NCBI GenBank assembly: GCA_040285855.1
Contig: JAUFOQ010000005.1
Span: 124,001-188,000 of the forward strand
Direction: 5' to 3'
Length of the DNA: 64,000 nt
From: Eukaryota sp. GEM-RC1
Lineage: Eukaryota
The stretch's first letter is position 1, and every line of letters begins with the position of its first letter. The notes under the pieces are model-generated. The model did no database searches and was not told the DNA's origin. It was given only the letters and a program-made list of their open reading frames with translations. The position numbers and the translations under genes are program-made. This document shows positions 14,028 to 27,913 of the stretch, in pieces.

Positions 14028-17000
14028 CTAATTATTTGCAACAAATTGTTGAATAACAGAGTTAGACTCGACTATATTCTGAGGGATCATTGAAATCAAC
14101 TGCAAACTGATTTCTTCTTCCTCACTTAAAGTATTCAACATCTTTCTAAAAAGAAGTACATATATAAAGATAGATATAACAAAAACCAACACCATTGATA
14201 GTACAATTGATATCCTATAAAAACTGACAGTTTCCTTAAGTTCATTTTGAAGCAAATCAATTGAGTCAAGGCAAAGGGAGGCTAAATCATGTGAAACTTG
14301 GATTACTTCCTGAATATGTGGTGAATCAACCTCCCAAGAAGCAGTAGTTTCCTGTAACATTAAGGGAGAAACTAGGGAGATGAACCGGTGAATTAAGAAG
14401 TTGAGCCCAAACTCTTGTAAAATACTGGTGTTATAACTCAAAACATTAAAATTTGTGTTAAAAATGAGGCTGTTTTGAGGAGCAAAACGGCCAGCTGCTG
14501 ACTCTAGAAACCGAGATGACGAATGATAGAGCAATTCATTATGAGTATCAACTAATTGCCCTGTTCTACGTATTAATCTAATACAACTTTCAGCTCGAGT
14601 ACCAAGATCCATCGCTCCTTGTAAAACTCTTCCATGAAATTATGTAGACCAGTGTAGCTCGTTCCCCCGCTAATTGAAGTTGTCCAGGCCAAGGTTGGAG
14701 AGTAAACATGGCATAAATAGAGAAAATAAAGAAGACAGCGATACCAAGGGCCATAATAGCGAGAGCTACAATTGAGTGGTTATGAAACTTGTTGATTAGA
14801 ACAAGCTCCACAACTTGTTTAACATGTGTCGCTACCTTCTTTTTAGGGGAAATAAGCACCACCACAAACAAAAACAGGACTACAGTAAAACAAATAGCAA
14901 CAAGTAATAATATCTGAGCGACGAACCACAGCTGGGGATTTCTAAGAGTCTGCATGAAGTTTACACTTGAAGAAACAAATTCATTGACAGGATTTACCAG
15001 GTAGTGGTTAAGGGCATGGGAAAGTGTTGGAAGGAAGGATCGTCCCATGGTCAAATGTTGAGCAAGAAGAAGTTGGTCAGAAGAAGAACGAGAAAGGTCG
15101 AAGGTTTTGTTGGTATAGCGTTGACTTATTGGAATATTTTGATGTTGAATTATTTTTAAATGACTGTTTTCCTCAGTGGCTATATCCCAGTCAATATCAT
15201 CTAGTTCAGGAGTAAGAGAAGGAGGGATTTGGTAGTGGCTACAAGCTAACACAAGGGCAATGTCTTGAATACGGAAAACGCTATCAAAATCAGCGTAAAC
15301 GTTCGTAAAGGAGTCCTGAAGTTTTGAAAGAGAACTTTTGAGAGGGGAATTCTGGAATTTCGAAAACAACACTACTAAGTCTTCAATAGACTCAATCAAT
15401 TGTTGTCTAGAGCTTCTATACTCCCTATAAGTGTTAACATTTCCTGAGAAAATGAATCTATCAGAGAGATACCTGATCTTTGCCAATAAGAACTTACACT
15501 TGGAAACGTGAGATATGACGTCATCTGTAATTGTACTGGTGACATCCCAATCAGAAAGGAATTTACTGGCAAATAAAACAGAAATAAAAACAACCAATAG
15601 AATGAATAATGGTATTAAAATTAAACCTAATAATGCCACTTTCTTTGACGGAAAAAGATTCAAAAACTTGCGGACCAGAAAGTATGTACAAATTAATAAA
15701 GCAACGATAATGACGATAAACAAAATAAAGAAAGATCGTTGATCATTGTAAATCCTATCCGCTTCGTACCAGAGGTTGGTATTAATCAAATCAGATGTTT
15801 GTAACAAACCATTAACTATTGAATCTAGATGATTGTGGTATCTAGATGAGCTCACAGTTTCCTTTGCTATTGAATACTGTTCACAAGAGGAAAGTGACGA
15901 ATCGTGAGTGTGATTGGTATACCAATTGGTGTAACCAACATATTCAACACGATCGTGACTGTTAGATTGTTCAGTCTCAATATCATACTGATAATCACAA
16001 ACATACGACACGTCATCTTCTGTGTGATTGAATACTTGACCAGCAAGTGATTGGCTGATACGCTGGTAATGAGATAAAATATCACTGAACTCTTGAGTGG
16101 ACGATAATTGATCTTTAACAATGGGAGAAACACGTGGAGAAAAATAAAAGTTATCAATTAACGCACGTCTTCTTCCTGATTCAACATAACCCCAGTAACT
16201 TTGATACCAGAAGAGATCACCAGTAGCAACAAAGGAATAGGTTCGAGAAGTGAGAATGAAATCCATGGCAATCAAATCACCTGCTACGATACCAAGCTCA
16301 AAATTCTCATTGATAATGGGAAAGAGCTCATCTTGATTAGAAGAATAGGTCACAAACATGAAGAACATTATAGACATGAAAACAGACATAGAAAGACTTA
16401 AACCCGACAACAAAACTTTGTTTTTGGGGGTAACAACAGTTGATTGTTCAACATGATCATGATCGTCTATAATCATAGAAATAGTAGTGCCTTCTAAGTG
16501 TTCAACGAGATCGTCATCATCACTATTGGAATGATTAGATGCAATATCGTCAAAATCATCATCACTATCTTCGTGATGAATTACTCCAGAAGACTTAAAA
16601 CGTGACTGAAGGTCAGAAACAATACGACGACACGTGTCCTTGGGAACCCATAAGAAAAGGTTTAAAACTCCTTGGCGTTCTACAGAGATTGAAAGAATAA
16701 TTCTGTGGAATCCAAACACTCCAATAACAATCAAACAACCTAGAACGATAAAAAAGGAAACAATAGAGATAAAGCGTGTAATATAGAAGAAATCAGCAGA
16801 TGCTTCCAAAATTGTAGACCAAAAAGCGTTGCCACCTCGAATTATTGTTCTCCTGTTCTGGATTAAATATCTAAAATAATTGTTTCTAGAAAGATTTTCT
16901 CCATCAAATGATGTGACGAAATCAACAGCAGCAATACTATAACTCAGAACTGTCTCCCAATAATTTAAAACTTTGGCGTGATTGACTGGAGGATTTGTGT

Positions 17001-19442
17001 TTCTAAAGGATAAAGAAACTAAACTAGGTTTCTTAACGAAGTCCATTATTATCTCATCGTGGACTTGGTCAAGTGGTGCTTCATTAACTCTAGGACAAAT
17101 ATAAGAACTTTTTTTGACAAGTGAATCAGATCCCATGAATACTCTTCGGGCATGGTATCCTGAGGTGAGAGAAAATAGAAAGAAAACAAACCAATATGTT
17201 CCGAGTCTTCTAGAATTTGCTGTTTGTAGTGCTCGCCATCTTCAAAATAGTGACTGTAAAGTTGAGCTTCTGCGACTATTTTGTTGGACATGATTGAAAT
17301 ATGACTGCCCTCAATCAGTTGTTGAGCTCTATTTGACACGTCATTCAATGTGTTACTGAAGAAAACAAAAGAAATTATAGTAACAACAGCCACCAAAGTG
17401 AAGGAAATAAACATTATTCTAGAAAGTCTCTCAACGTGCTGATGAGATTGATCTCCACCTCCAACTGACAAGGACAACCTATTCTTCTTCTTCCTCTTTC
17501 TACGTCCTCCCTTGGAAGCTCTTGACATTGCAGTAGAGTAATCAGCACTGAGAGCCTGAGACGGAGCACGTGAGCTTGTCCCTTCACTACCAATTGATGA
17601 TTGAATTTCTACAGCTTCTTCTATTAGCTTAGCTGTCTCATCATCCATGTTAACTTCACGAATATACTTAGCATAAACACCTAGAACTTCCCTATTATCA
17701 GGGAAAGAGTTCAACAGTAATTTAAATATGTTGTCAGCCGATGCTTTGAAGCCTCGAAGTTTGTCAGTTAATACAGGTAATTTATCTATTCGGGAATTTT
17801 CTGAAGTCAAAGTTTTCCAAAACTGTATGAGACAGTCAAGACAGTCCTTGTGAAGTTCCTTAGCTTCTCGAAGATTCTTCTGAAACATAATGGATGACTT
17901 AGCATCAGTAACATCAGCACCAGTGTTAGTCCGTCTTCTTAAGTCATCAGCACAAAGCTGGTAATAGTGAAGGAGAAATCGATGACGAAAATTAAGGTCA
18001 CAATCAAGACCATTGATCAGTGATTTGATTGAGATTACAGCCAAATGATTTTCCTTCACAAATATTTCAAAATTAATCTTAAACAGCAGGGTATCAACTT
18101 GTTCACTAAAACGGTCACCAATATGATCAAAAATTAAAAATGCCAAATCTTTATCTTCCAGCGGTGCTCTGAGTGGTTTTGGTTGAAGAAATCGTGTGAA
18201 AAGCTCAATTTGCCAAACATATTTGATTGAAGGAAGTTTGATTGAAGGATCCGTAATCGTGTACAATGGTTCATGAGTTGGAAGTTCCAGCGTAGACCCT
18301 TCAGTATCAGATTCATCCATATCTGATAGAGCTCCAATGGAGAATGAATGTTGGGGAGGGTTGGAGGAAGGAACTGAAGTTGGAGTCTTTGATGAGGGTC
18401 GAGTGTAGTATCGATTAATTGAATTCTTGCAAATCAGATAAAAAAGGGTTGAGAACAAAACGACGAAGAAAGTCCAGGTGGCCAACACGACAGTACCTTG
18501 ATTTGATTGGGTGACGTGATTAGAGACGTAGAGCAAATTAATCAGATAACAGAAAGAGGTGGCAGTCCAAAGTGATAAAAAGATTACATACTTGAGATTC
18601 GAACTAGACTTATAGAAGGGAAGTCGCGTTGCAACAAGAAAGGGAATAAAGAGAGAGCAGAAAAGATAGACAGTTCGAAAGAGCCAAGGACGAAAGGGAA
18701 GGAAGTAGAAGATGAGGAGTATAACAGACTTAGAGAGAAACAACCAGAATTGAACATGAGAGTGTGCTCTAGCAAAGGGTCTTTTAGAACATGGATTACC
18801 ATCATAACAGCATAGATAATAGCTGAGGACACAACAAAATAGCAAGACTAGAAGTAGTAGAAGTGAAGTTCGAAGTAGAATGGACTGAATTCCCCAACAA
18901 TTTGATTCATTGAAAAGGGTTCGAAAGTGGAGAGAAACGTCATCATTTTGAGGAGAGCAGAACAACAATGACAAAAGGATTGAGGTCAGTGGGACATAAC
19001 AGAGTGTACACATGAAGTGGACACATCCTTTAACAAAAACTTGCTTGAGAGAGTTTTCAATGTGATCACGTCCAAAAGCAAGGAAGATTGTGAGTGAAAT
19101 TACAGATAGAGCTATAATGACAACTATGGCGATGTAGACTGGCCATAGTTCAAAGTTAAATTGACTCGACGTGACTGGAATAGTAAGCCAATGAGCAAAT
19201 GTCATGTCAAATAGTGAGTCCCAAAGAGGGAAATTGTGACGATTGAGGACGATACCAGAAATCTGTAGTATCTCTACAAGTAGTAACAAGCTGGCACAGA
19301 AATTGAAGCGTGAAGCATCCGACGACACAGTCCGAAAGAGTGAAAAGGTTTTCTGTTCCGCCTTGTGTATCATAGACATGCTTCGTATTCCAGAATATGA
19401 GGTCACGTGAGAGCCTTCAGACCCCTTTTGGAAAGAACTCAT
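14028..19442 (-). CDS. TmcB/TmcC-like multi-pass membrane receptor-like protein, type B copy 1 (one 32-nt intron; one indel near 14630)
   Basis: N-terminal multi-TM block, then a TmcB-type helical/TPR region (LIQFWKTL...IFKLLLNSFPDNREVLGVYAKYIREV), then alternating TM pairs and extracellular helical modules, ending LFRKMLNTLSEEEEISLQLISMIP. The start MSSFQK is shared with the B2 paralog. Confidence 0.75.
17160..17191 (-). other. 32-nt spliceosomal intron in gene B1
   Basis: GTTTGTTTTCTTTCTATTTTCTCTCACCTCAG. Removing it joins two ORFs in frame (EHIG|YHARRVFMGSD), which aligns with QHLNYHFSRVSLG in the intronless type A paralog. Confidence 0.9.
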
Positions 19443-20141
19443 TTGGGGGTAATTATTAACGTGACAAAAATGAAGACACAATTAGCATCATCCTTCAATT
19501 GGATGACGTTATCAGACTTTGATAGTATCTGCTTTAAGATACATCAACTTCTCAGAAGTTGTCTCTCCCTGTCTTTGATACGTGACTTTCAGTACACTAC
19601 CTTAACACCATTCTATGAACAATTTATCTGTTGTACCGTGGCACTCACGCCGGAGATCCACGACACTCCATGTTCTTATAGTTCTTTGAGTTTTACGGAA
19701 CATGCTCTGATGATGTGATGAATCTTCGTGTCCTCTGTTATAACCGTCATAACTTTTCACCTTGCTCTGCTTAAGTACCTGGAACTCTATCGCTGCTTTC
19801 CACCAGCGTGATGACGTGATACGTTAAAACATCTCATGAACACATTTACACCGTCTTTTTTGCATTTTTTTCTGATTCTGGTTTAGCAACAACAACAAGA
19901 TGAAGACGATTATCTCGTGTTTTCTACATGTTTCCATCTTAAACTACATATCGACAGTTACAAACGCAAACATAAGGATGTGTCAAAATAAAGTCCCACT
20001 ACTCTTAATCACAAACGGATAACTACTAGTGTGCTTGACATATCAATACAATCGCGTCATTTCAAGTTCTAAATCATAAAAACAATACAATGTGTTTACT
20101 ACACAACTTCTAATCAAAACAATATCATAAATAGAACAAAC

Positions 20142-23100
20142 CTACAGCACAAAGCAAGACAAGAAAGTCTTAATGGTCTTATTATTTGCCAGACTCTCTT
20201 CAGGAAACATCTCCAATAACAAGGAAGTACTGTCTTGTTCGGTTTCCAGAGACTTTATCATTCTTCTAAAAACAAAGAAATACAAAACCACAATAGTTAC
20301 AACAGAAAACCCCAACATAGATCTAACAGTAATCAAACCAGAACTAATTGCTGAGAAAGTTTCATCATGATAAAAGTCAATGGAATCCACCATTGCGACA
20401 GAGATATTTGGCCTTTGTTCAAGAAGATGAAGAACTATAGGAGATGTAAGAGTCAGATCTTCTAACTGAATTAGGGTTACGAATTGTTCAACAGAATTTA
20501 AAAATTGTTCCAGCAAAACATGAAGACCAAGACTTCCATCTTTCGTCACAAAATCATTAGAAAAATGGAGCTCATCTTGATCCGCAAACCTTCCCGCAGA
20601 TGATTCGAAATCACCAAGGTCAAAAAGAAGTGATTGATGGACCGAAAGCAATTGGTCAACACGTGATACAATATTCCCAATGTGGAAATCTTTATTCAAT
20701 GGATTCATAACTGCTGCCACACACTGGTCAATAATTAGAGTGGTCAACGTGATTCTTTCCGCAGCATGAGCGATTGAGTGGGGAAGTTGTTGGATGCGAT
20801 TGAGATGGTACCACGAAGAGAAAGATAATAGAGCTAGTACCAAGACTAAAACAAACATTGAGAGGAAACTTCGGTTTCGGAAGGAGGTAATAACGGAAAA
20901 CTCAGTTTCCTGTTTGACGTGACTCATACGTGATCTGAGCTCTTCTTTTGTTGAGTAATCAACGGCGTAACCGAAAAACAAAGACCATGTGAGAAAGGTC
21001 ATAATCAGAATAAGAAGAAGGTTGGTCGCTTCATCATTAATTCGATCAGCATTTGGCTGAATTTCTTTTTGTGGGATATCAAGAACGGATTCAGCAAACG
21101 GTTTAATCAAATCAGACATGCCCTGATCAAAAAGAGTACGGTAATTACGTGAAAAGAGTGCCAAAAGAAACTTGGATTGACTGTCAACACTGAACGTTTG
21201 ATTGAGGTTGGTGATGTTAAAAGCATCAAATATCTGGTGATCAGGAATGTAGACGTTCTCAAACAGCGAATGATCAATCAAATCTGATTGTAGTCTACGA
21301 GCAGTCATGAAAGCAATCACTTTACGAGTTGCAAGATATTCTTCCACACACGATTCAATCGATGGTATATAATCATTCGTAATCACCAAATCAGAAAAGA
21401 TGGCATCCACCTTTTCATAACCAGAAATGAAATCCAGCAGAAAACGTTCCTTCTCAGAAATTAAAAAATTGGTGAAACTTAATTCCATTTCAATCGCTGT
21501 TGATTGTAGAATGAGTGCATTTTGTGAATCATTTTGATGTTTATCCATGAGAGAGTTGCTCTGAACTCCACTCGTGAATGATTGGTAGAGATCATGACCG
21601 TTTCTAAAGCTCAAAACGCATAAGATCAACGAAATAAATCCGAATAAGAACTTGACTCGAGAATTTAAAATTTTCCTTAAAGTGTGGAAGAACAACAAGT
21701 TCAATAGTATAGAAAACACCGTTAGGCATAATAGTAGAACCGCCAGAAACTGGAGAATACTACGATGTTTTACTATAGTTGAGTAAAAGAAACGGTGTAA
21801 ATCAAGTCCGACTGTCATTAATGGATTAACAGCAGCTTCTCGTAGATCAGAAAAATAACAACTAGTGATCAAGTGACGTGCAAGTGATTGTTGATCACTA
21901 CTAGAAAGGCTCAAATCAGTCTGGGGATCAGAATACCAAAAATCAGTCATATCAGGATACTGAATTTTTAAAAGTTCATGATCACTTTCACTGGAAAAGT
22001 TATAGTGGAATACATCAGACTTGAATTCAGGTACAAGCGAGGAGTCGAGACCAAAGCTATAAGAGGATAAAAAGGCAGTAATCGACTGTAGTAACAACAA
22101 GGAGCTGCGCTGTCTTTCAAATGACTGTAAATTTTTAATATATTCATAGGGAACCACTCCAGCAATGTCATTCAAATTTAAAAAGTAAGTTTCTGGTTCG
22201 ACTTCTTTGTGATATTTGTCGTATAGGAGATAATCTCCAGTCAATACATAACCAGTAATAGATCTAAAAGAAGATAATAAATTATGAGATAAAACATCGA
22301 AATTATGACAAAAATTAGAATAATTGGACAATTCATCACTTAAATCCTGATGTGGTTGATATACGACAATAGCTCCAACAATCGCAATCAAGGCAAAAAG
22401 AATGATTAGTATCGCAAAAAGTAAATAAATTAACTTCTTTCCGGGGTTGGACTGTACAATCTTTGTTTCTCCATCTTGTTGAAATGAAGAGGTGTCAATA
22501 TTTTCTAATAAATCTACTCGTGAATGGACGGGTGAGTCCCATGACGTTGCTTGAGTGGCTTTTGGAGCTGCAAGAACAGATTCAAACTTTGATTGCTGAA
22601 GAATTTGGTCAATTGCACGATCATCCAAGTGTAGAAAGAGATTCAACACACCTAACTTCTCTTGAGATAACTTTTCTAGCCTAGAAACAATGAAGACAAC
22701 AGCGGTGTAGATGCAAATTAAAAAGGAGATAACAGAAAGAAAAACAATAATCACGATATTATTGAAGAAGAACATATCACTGGAAGTCAGCAGAACATTC
22801 CAGAAATCGGACCATGATTCTGAGCTCATTGCATTGTTGTCAATCACAAATCGGTAATCAGAATCATTGCCACCAACAGTGTCAGGCGTGAGCTCAATTC
22901 TTCTGGTAAACGACACGGCTGATTGAGTGATTGCTAAGGCCAAGGACCATAAGTTCATTATTCTACTTTCAGTAACAACGGGAGCCGAATTTCTAAATAA
23001 TTGGACGAAAATTCGAGGCGACGTCATCAACGACATCACTTCCACGTCATTAACTGCAGAGATTTTACTAGTAGCCACTCTAGGACACTGGTAAACGTCA

Positions 23101-25311
23101 GCATTATAAGATTCTCCTAATGAAACCCTTGAAAATGATAATTCAAATGTTGGCTTGTTTCAATGGCCAAATGGTTTAAACTGGCCGTATCTGTCCCCAT
23201 ACTTGTTGCATACAACAAATGTCGTAAACTGAAAGGAAGTAGTGCTGATTGAAAGGATATGTGAGAGCTCTCAATTAATACTAAGATTCGATTAGAAACA
23301 CTATTCAATGAGACTTCTGTTGAAATTAACGAGAGAAAACCACAGACGAATATTACAATAAAACAAATGGTAATTCCTCTAGAGAATCCGTCAATTGAAG
23401 AAGTTTTTTCCTCAGCTTTTGATAAGGAAATCCACTCTGACTGTATTGCCTGAAGTCTGCTTTTCTTCCTCTTTCCTCCCTTTTTTCTTCCCACTAAAGA
23501 CCCATTGTTAGAAGCAGAACGTAGACTTGAAGAGGCACCATCGTTGGCTGAAGGAGCAGACAAAAGGTCAGCTCTGTCGTCATAGGCAACGTAAAGTTCT
23601 TCATCTCCAAGAACATCTCGACAGAAGTTTGCGTAAGTTTTCATGACTTCAGGGGACTCTGGATATGACGTGATCAGTCTGTTGTAGACTGTTTCTACCG
23701 CAATTTTCCTGTTTTTAATATCTTCAGTGATTTTGGGAAGGACATCGATTTGAACCCGTGGCTTTTTTTAAATATGACCAAAATTTAAAAACAGACATTA
23801 GATATTCTCCTAGTTTTTCTTGAGCGTCCTTAACAGATCGCTGTAATTGAACGTACTGATCAGAGTCTCGCATTCCAGTGTTTTGGCGCCGTCGAAGATC
23901 ATCAATTTCTAATTCCAACGCAAATATTCTAAATTTTTGATCAATTGAAAAATCAGTATCCATCTTTTTCAACTGGGAAAGTATGACGTTTGCACCAAGA
24001 TGATCGTGAACGTAATCAAGATCAAAGGCAGCTCGTTGAAGGAAAAGGTCAACTGATTCAGGAAAACGATTGGAATAAAATTCTAAAATCCTACGTGCAT
24101 TTTTCTACATTCTGCTCTTTTTAAAAAAGGTTTAATAAAAGCAGTATACCTAATAGCGTGAATCCAGTGAGATACAGGGATAGTAATCGTGGGGGAATCA
24201 ACACTGTCTGAAGCAGAAGAACGTGGGCCAGAGTGATCAAGGGTTTCTTTACCAAAGTACTTTTGTTCAGAAGTAGAAAGTAATGACTCAGGAAATACCA
24301 AAGACATTGTTTGGAGATAGTATTTAGAAAGAAGGAAGGAGAGTAGAGGGGAAATGGTCAAAGCTGGGATAACAAATAAGAAAGTTATAACAATTCCAGG
24401 AAGAGAGAGATTGAAAAGTTCAAGAATGTTGAAAATTATAAAGGATAGCGCCATGGAAAACCAAAGTCCACAAAAACAGCCAAAACACTTGAAAGCGTTG
24501 AGGTGAACAAAGGGTAGTCTTTTCCAGATGAAGAGGTACAGTAGAACAGGAGCAGTGACAAAGCAAGTTAGAAAGAAGAGACGACGGTGGGGAAGAAGGA
24601 AGTAGATGGCCAGAATGCTCAATTTGAGGAGGAATACGTGAAAAAGGAGAATTGGACGTGATTTTGAGTGAAGACGTACTTTGATGTTAAGTTCGTGACA
24701 CGAGTGATGTTATCGAAGACGAAGGAAAGGAAGAGAACAGTAACAAGCATCACGCCAGCGAAAGCTCTCAGAGACATTGATACCACGCTCCAACAACCAC
24801 CGATCGAAGTCCAAGGATGGAAGAAAGAATCTTCAGAGGTACATCCCAGAGTAAGAAGCAAGACACTAGCGTAGGGGATTTGAACCAGACGAAAGAGGAG
24901 GACGAGAACTTTCAGAGTAAAGGGGTATGTGAGAACCGAGACAGACTCCTTGTGATGGTAGACATTGATAACAACCAAGAGAAGAAGTACGCACACGAGA
25001 GCCGATCCGATGATGAGTGAAATCGTCAAATTGCTGGAAGACTCGGTCCAGTAAGGCAAGCCAAAGTGGATGAAGCGGCGTATATCAGGAAAATACTTTT
25101 CGGATAACCACGGACTGATGTACATATTGAGACTCAATGATAACATTTGCAGACATTGAACGAATAAGACAATCACTGCAAAAGTATTTCGACGCGGTAT
25201 TTGCGACACAGTTTGACAGAAAGAGACAAACGACAGAGTATAGACACCATAAGATCGTGTTGCATTTGTGGAGGATCGTATACTTCCAGTTTGAGAAGGG
25301 GGATTGCTCAT
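20142..25311 (-). CDS. TmcB/TmcC-like multi-pass membrane receptor-like protein, type A copy 2 (probably intact)
   Basis: Same architecture as type B. Compared with A1, the breaks (about 24640, 24100, 23765, 23135) all fall in A/T homopolymers. The C-terminal ORF is 978 aa and uninterrupted. Confidence 0.75.
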
Positions 25312-25655
25312 GATGATGCGATCTATAAATACACGTGAGAATTGGAAACGTTGAATCTTTCCATTTGGAATTCCTTCTCATTCGATACCATTGGTATTTG
25401 CCTCATCTTTCCGTCAAAAATGATTCTCATGTTTCAATTTCTTCGTGGTTTGTGATGTGGCTACTGTGGCTTTTGTCTCACACAATCCACACTGCACCAT
25501 TTGATGTTCTTTTGACTTACTAATTCAGAGGAGTCTACATTACAACAACACCATCTTTTCTATTGTGTGTCTCCTTCTTGATTTGATTTGATCATCACAC
25601 TTGATCAAAAAAACGGGGCTCATGATCAATCAGTGAAATAATGCATTTGCAGAAG

Positions 25656-26780
25656 TTAATAACTAACCGAAACTAAAGTATCTAAACTATGATCATTCTG
25701 TCCATAACCGAACAACTTAACTAAAATTGAATTAAAATATCTGTGCATTAAACGAAACAACGCAAACGTTAACCTACTCAACCAAAAATTTTCATTGAAA
25801 ACTTTACCGTACTCAGAACACAACTTACCAAAGGAAGTTAAAAAACCTTGTGTAGCTGGTCCAATATTACCGTATATCGACATCGCAAAAGGTTGAAACA
25901 CAAAAGAATTGTACCTGTCAACATTCAATTGGTTTATTAAGTGACAGTACTTTGTATTTTTTCCTTTTTCAGCCACTTCAAGAGCAGAAAAATCGTCATC
26001 AAAAATTTTGGAAATTGATCTTGAATTACAAGGATCAACAGTCGTGAAATCCATGATAATTTCCTGACAAGATGACCAAGGACCAATCAAATCACCAAGA
26101 CTTCTATCAACTTTTGGCTGATCAGAAAGATTAGCAAGTAAGGGTTCAATTTTACCATGAAAACCATTAGCCTTAAACATATCCAAACATGTATCCCGGA
26201 TACTGTTGTGAATAATTGATCAAAAATTAATAAATTGATGACAGTTAACTAAATGATGAAAATTTGAAGCTTTTGAACGACCACAAAGACATGGAGAATG
26301 CTTCCAAAGACCTGAAGGCCATAAACCTAACCTAAGTCTCATGTTTATAAGCCATTCATGATCCTTAAGATTAAAACAAAATTTTCTTGGCAAACGAGAA
26401 ACAAAAAGAAGACGCAGCGATTGAAGAAATATCATTCAAAAAAGCACAAAAAGCGGGACTCTTAGTCTTAGCCAAGCTAATACGGTTTTTAAAGTCCAAG
26501 CTTTCGTGAAACAAAACAAACTTCTTCTGTAACTTGCGAACACACAAAGACAAAGAGAAAATGCTTCTCTGCTGAATTTCTGTTACCCCAACAGGAAATA
26601 GATCTGACCACAAATTGGAGTCAAGACTATTAGTTAAATTTTGAAGACTAATTAACCATGCACAAGGTGAGTGAAGTAAAAAATCTTTATTTTTTTGATT
26701 TATTGATTTTGAGTATTTGTGTAATTCTCCCAAATTAATTACATGACAATAGGAACACTGATTGATCAAATGCACTTCCA
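25656..26780 (-). mobile_element. 5'-truncated CRE-like non-LTR retrotransposon fragment (Zn knuckle plus restriction-like endonuclease)
   Basis: MRLRLGL...CLCG...HLVNC, HNSIRD, RSLGDL...IIMDFTTVDP...KGKNTKY...FQPFAMSIYGNIG: the C-terminal layout of RLE-bearing non-LTR elements. Confidence 0.8.
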
Positions 26781-27913
26781 GTCACGATTTCAAAAGACTG
26801 GTAGTGAGCTTCTTCAATAAGAAAAATGTTGTGGTGACCTTTGGTGTACACTCTTGTTGTTTTGATGTTGTGGTGTATTCGTTGTTATTACTGTAGTTGT
26901 TGTCTTTGCATTGGCAAGTTCATTTCACAATTAAAATCTTCTAATCTTCAATACATTTGTTACTGTTTAATTACTTTTCTGATTTTGCTGAACACGAATC
27001 ATGTATTATATCTTACTTCCGTAGACTAACTTACTTCTGCTTCTTGTCCCGCAAAACAATGACACTGTAACAAAAATTTCATAAATGGAGTTCTGAGGTT
27101 GTCCTGATATTATTTTTATGACTTGATTCACACAGCTTACGTTCCGTAGCTCAAGATAGTCCACGTTTTCCTACTTTCCAAATCTGCATAGTCTCCAAAT
27201 CATGTTGCCTTTACAAACTGTGGTGTAAAAGTGGAGAAATTCTATTGGATACTGTCTTTTCTACTATTCCACATGAAAAGTGACACATTGAGCTTCATAT
27301 TGAACTCATTCCTACAATCACCTTCCGTACCGAGCAGGGTCGAGTAAAGAACATTTGTATTTAAATATTTGAAATAATAGCAGTGTATATATTTAGTTTC
27401 GACAGCGGACAAACTACATTATATATTTTACAGAAGTGAAAAACAATCAATTATTTTTCCCTTTTTCTCCTTCTATGAGACCTAAACTGCTCAAGATGCT
27501 GACAGTCTTCACTTTGTCGCCATTGAGACCGGTCATGAAACTCCCGAGGAAATCCAATTAATATTAAATAAACAAGATAAATGTTCAAATATTATATAGA
27601 ACATTGATGGGTACAAACACTATGAAGAAAATGATTCCATTACAATGAACTCAGCTGATATGTAAAAACAACACGACATGTCATTTTCCAAAAGTAAAAT
27701 CGTCAATAAATAGCTCAAGATTAATGTCGATTTATTTAAACAATTGATAGAAGAGGTTCGGTAGAACTAAAACGTTAAAAACAGTGTCAAACTGGGAGCC
27801 ATCAATCCCACGAGCTTAATGTGAACCATTATGTTATGATGAAATTCAATCCGAACCACAAATCCAACATGTACTGATAAATCTACGGATGTAAAAGGCA
27901 TATTGGAATGGTA

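Noticed and set aside
23117..24650. Programmed frameshifting in A2 and other split genes
   Set aside because: The breaks lie in A/T homopolymers and are not shared between paralogs, which is typical of long-read indels.
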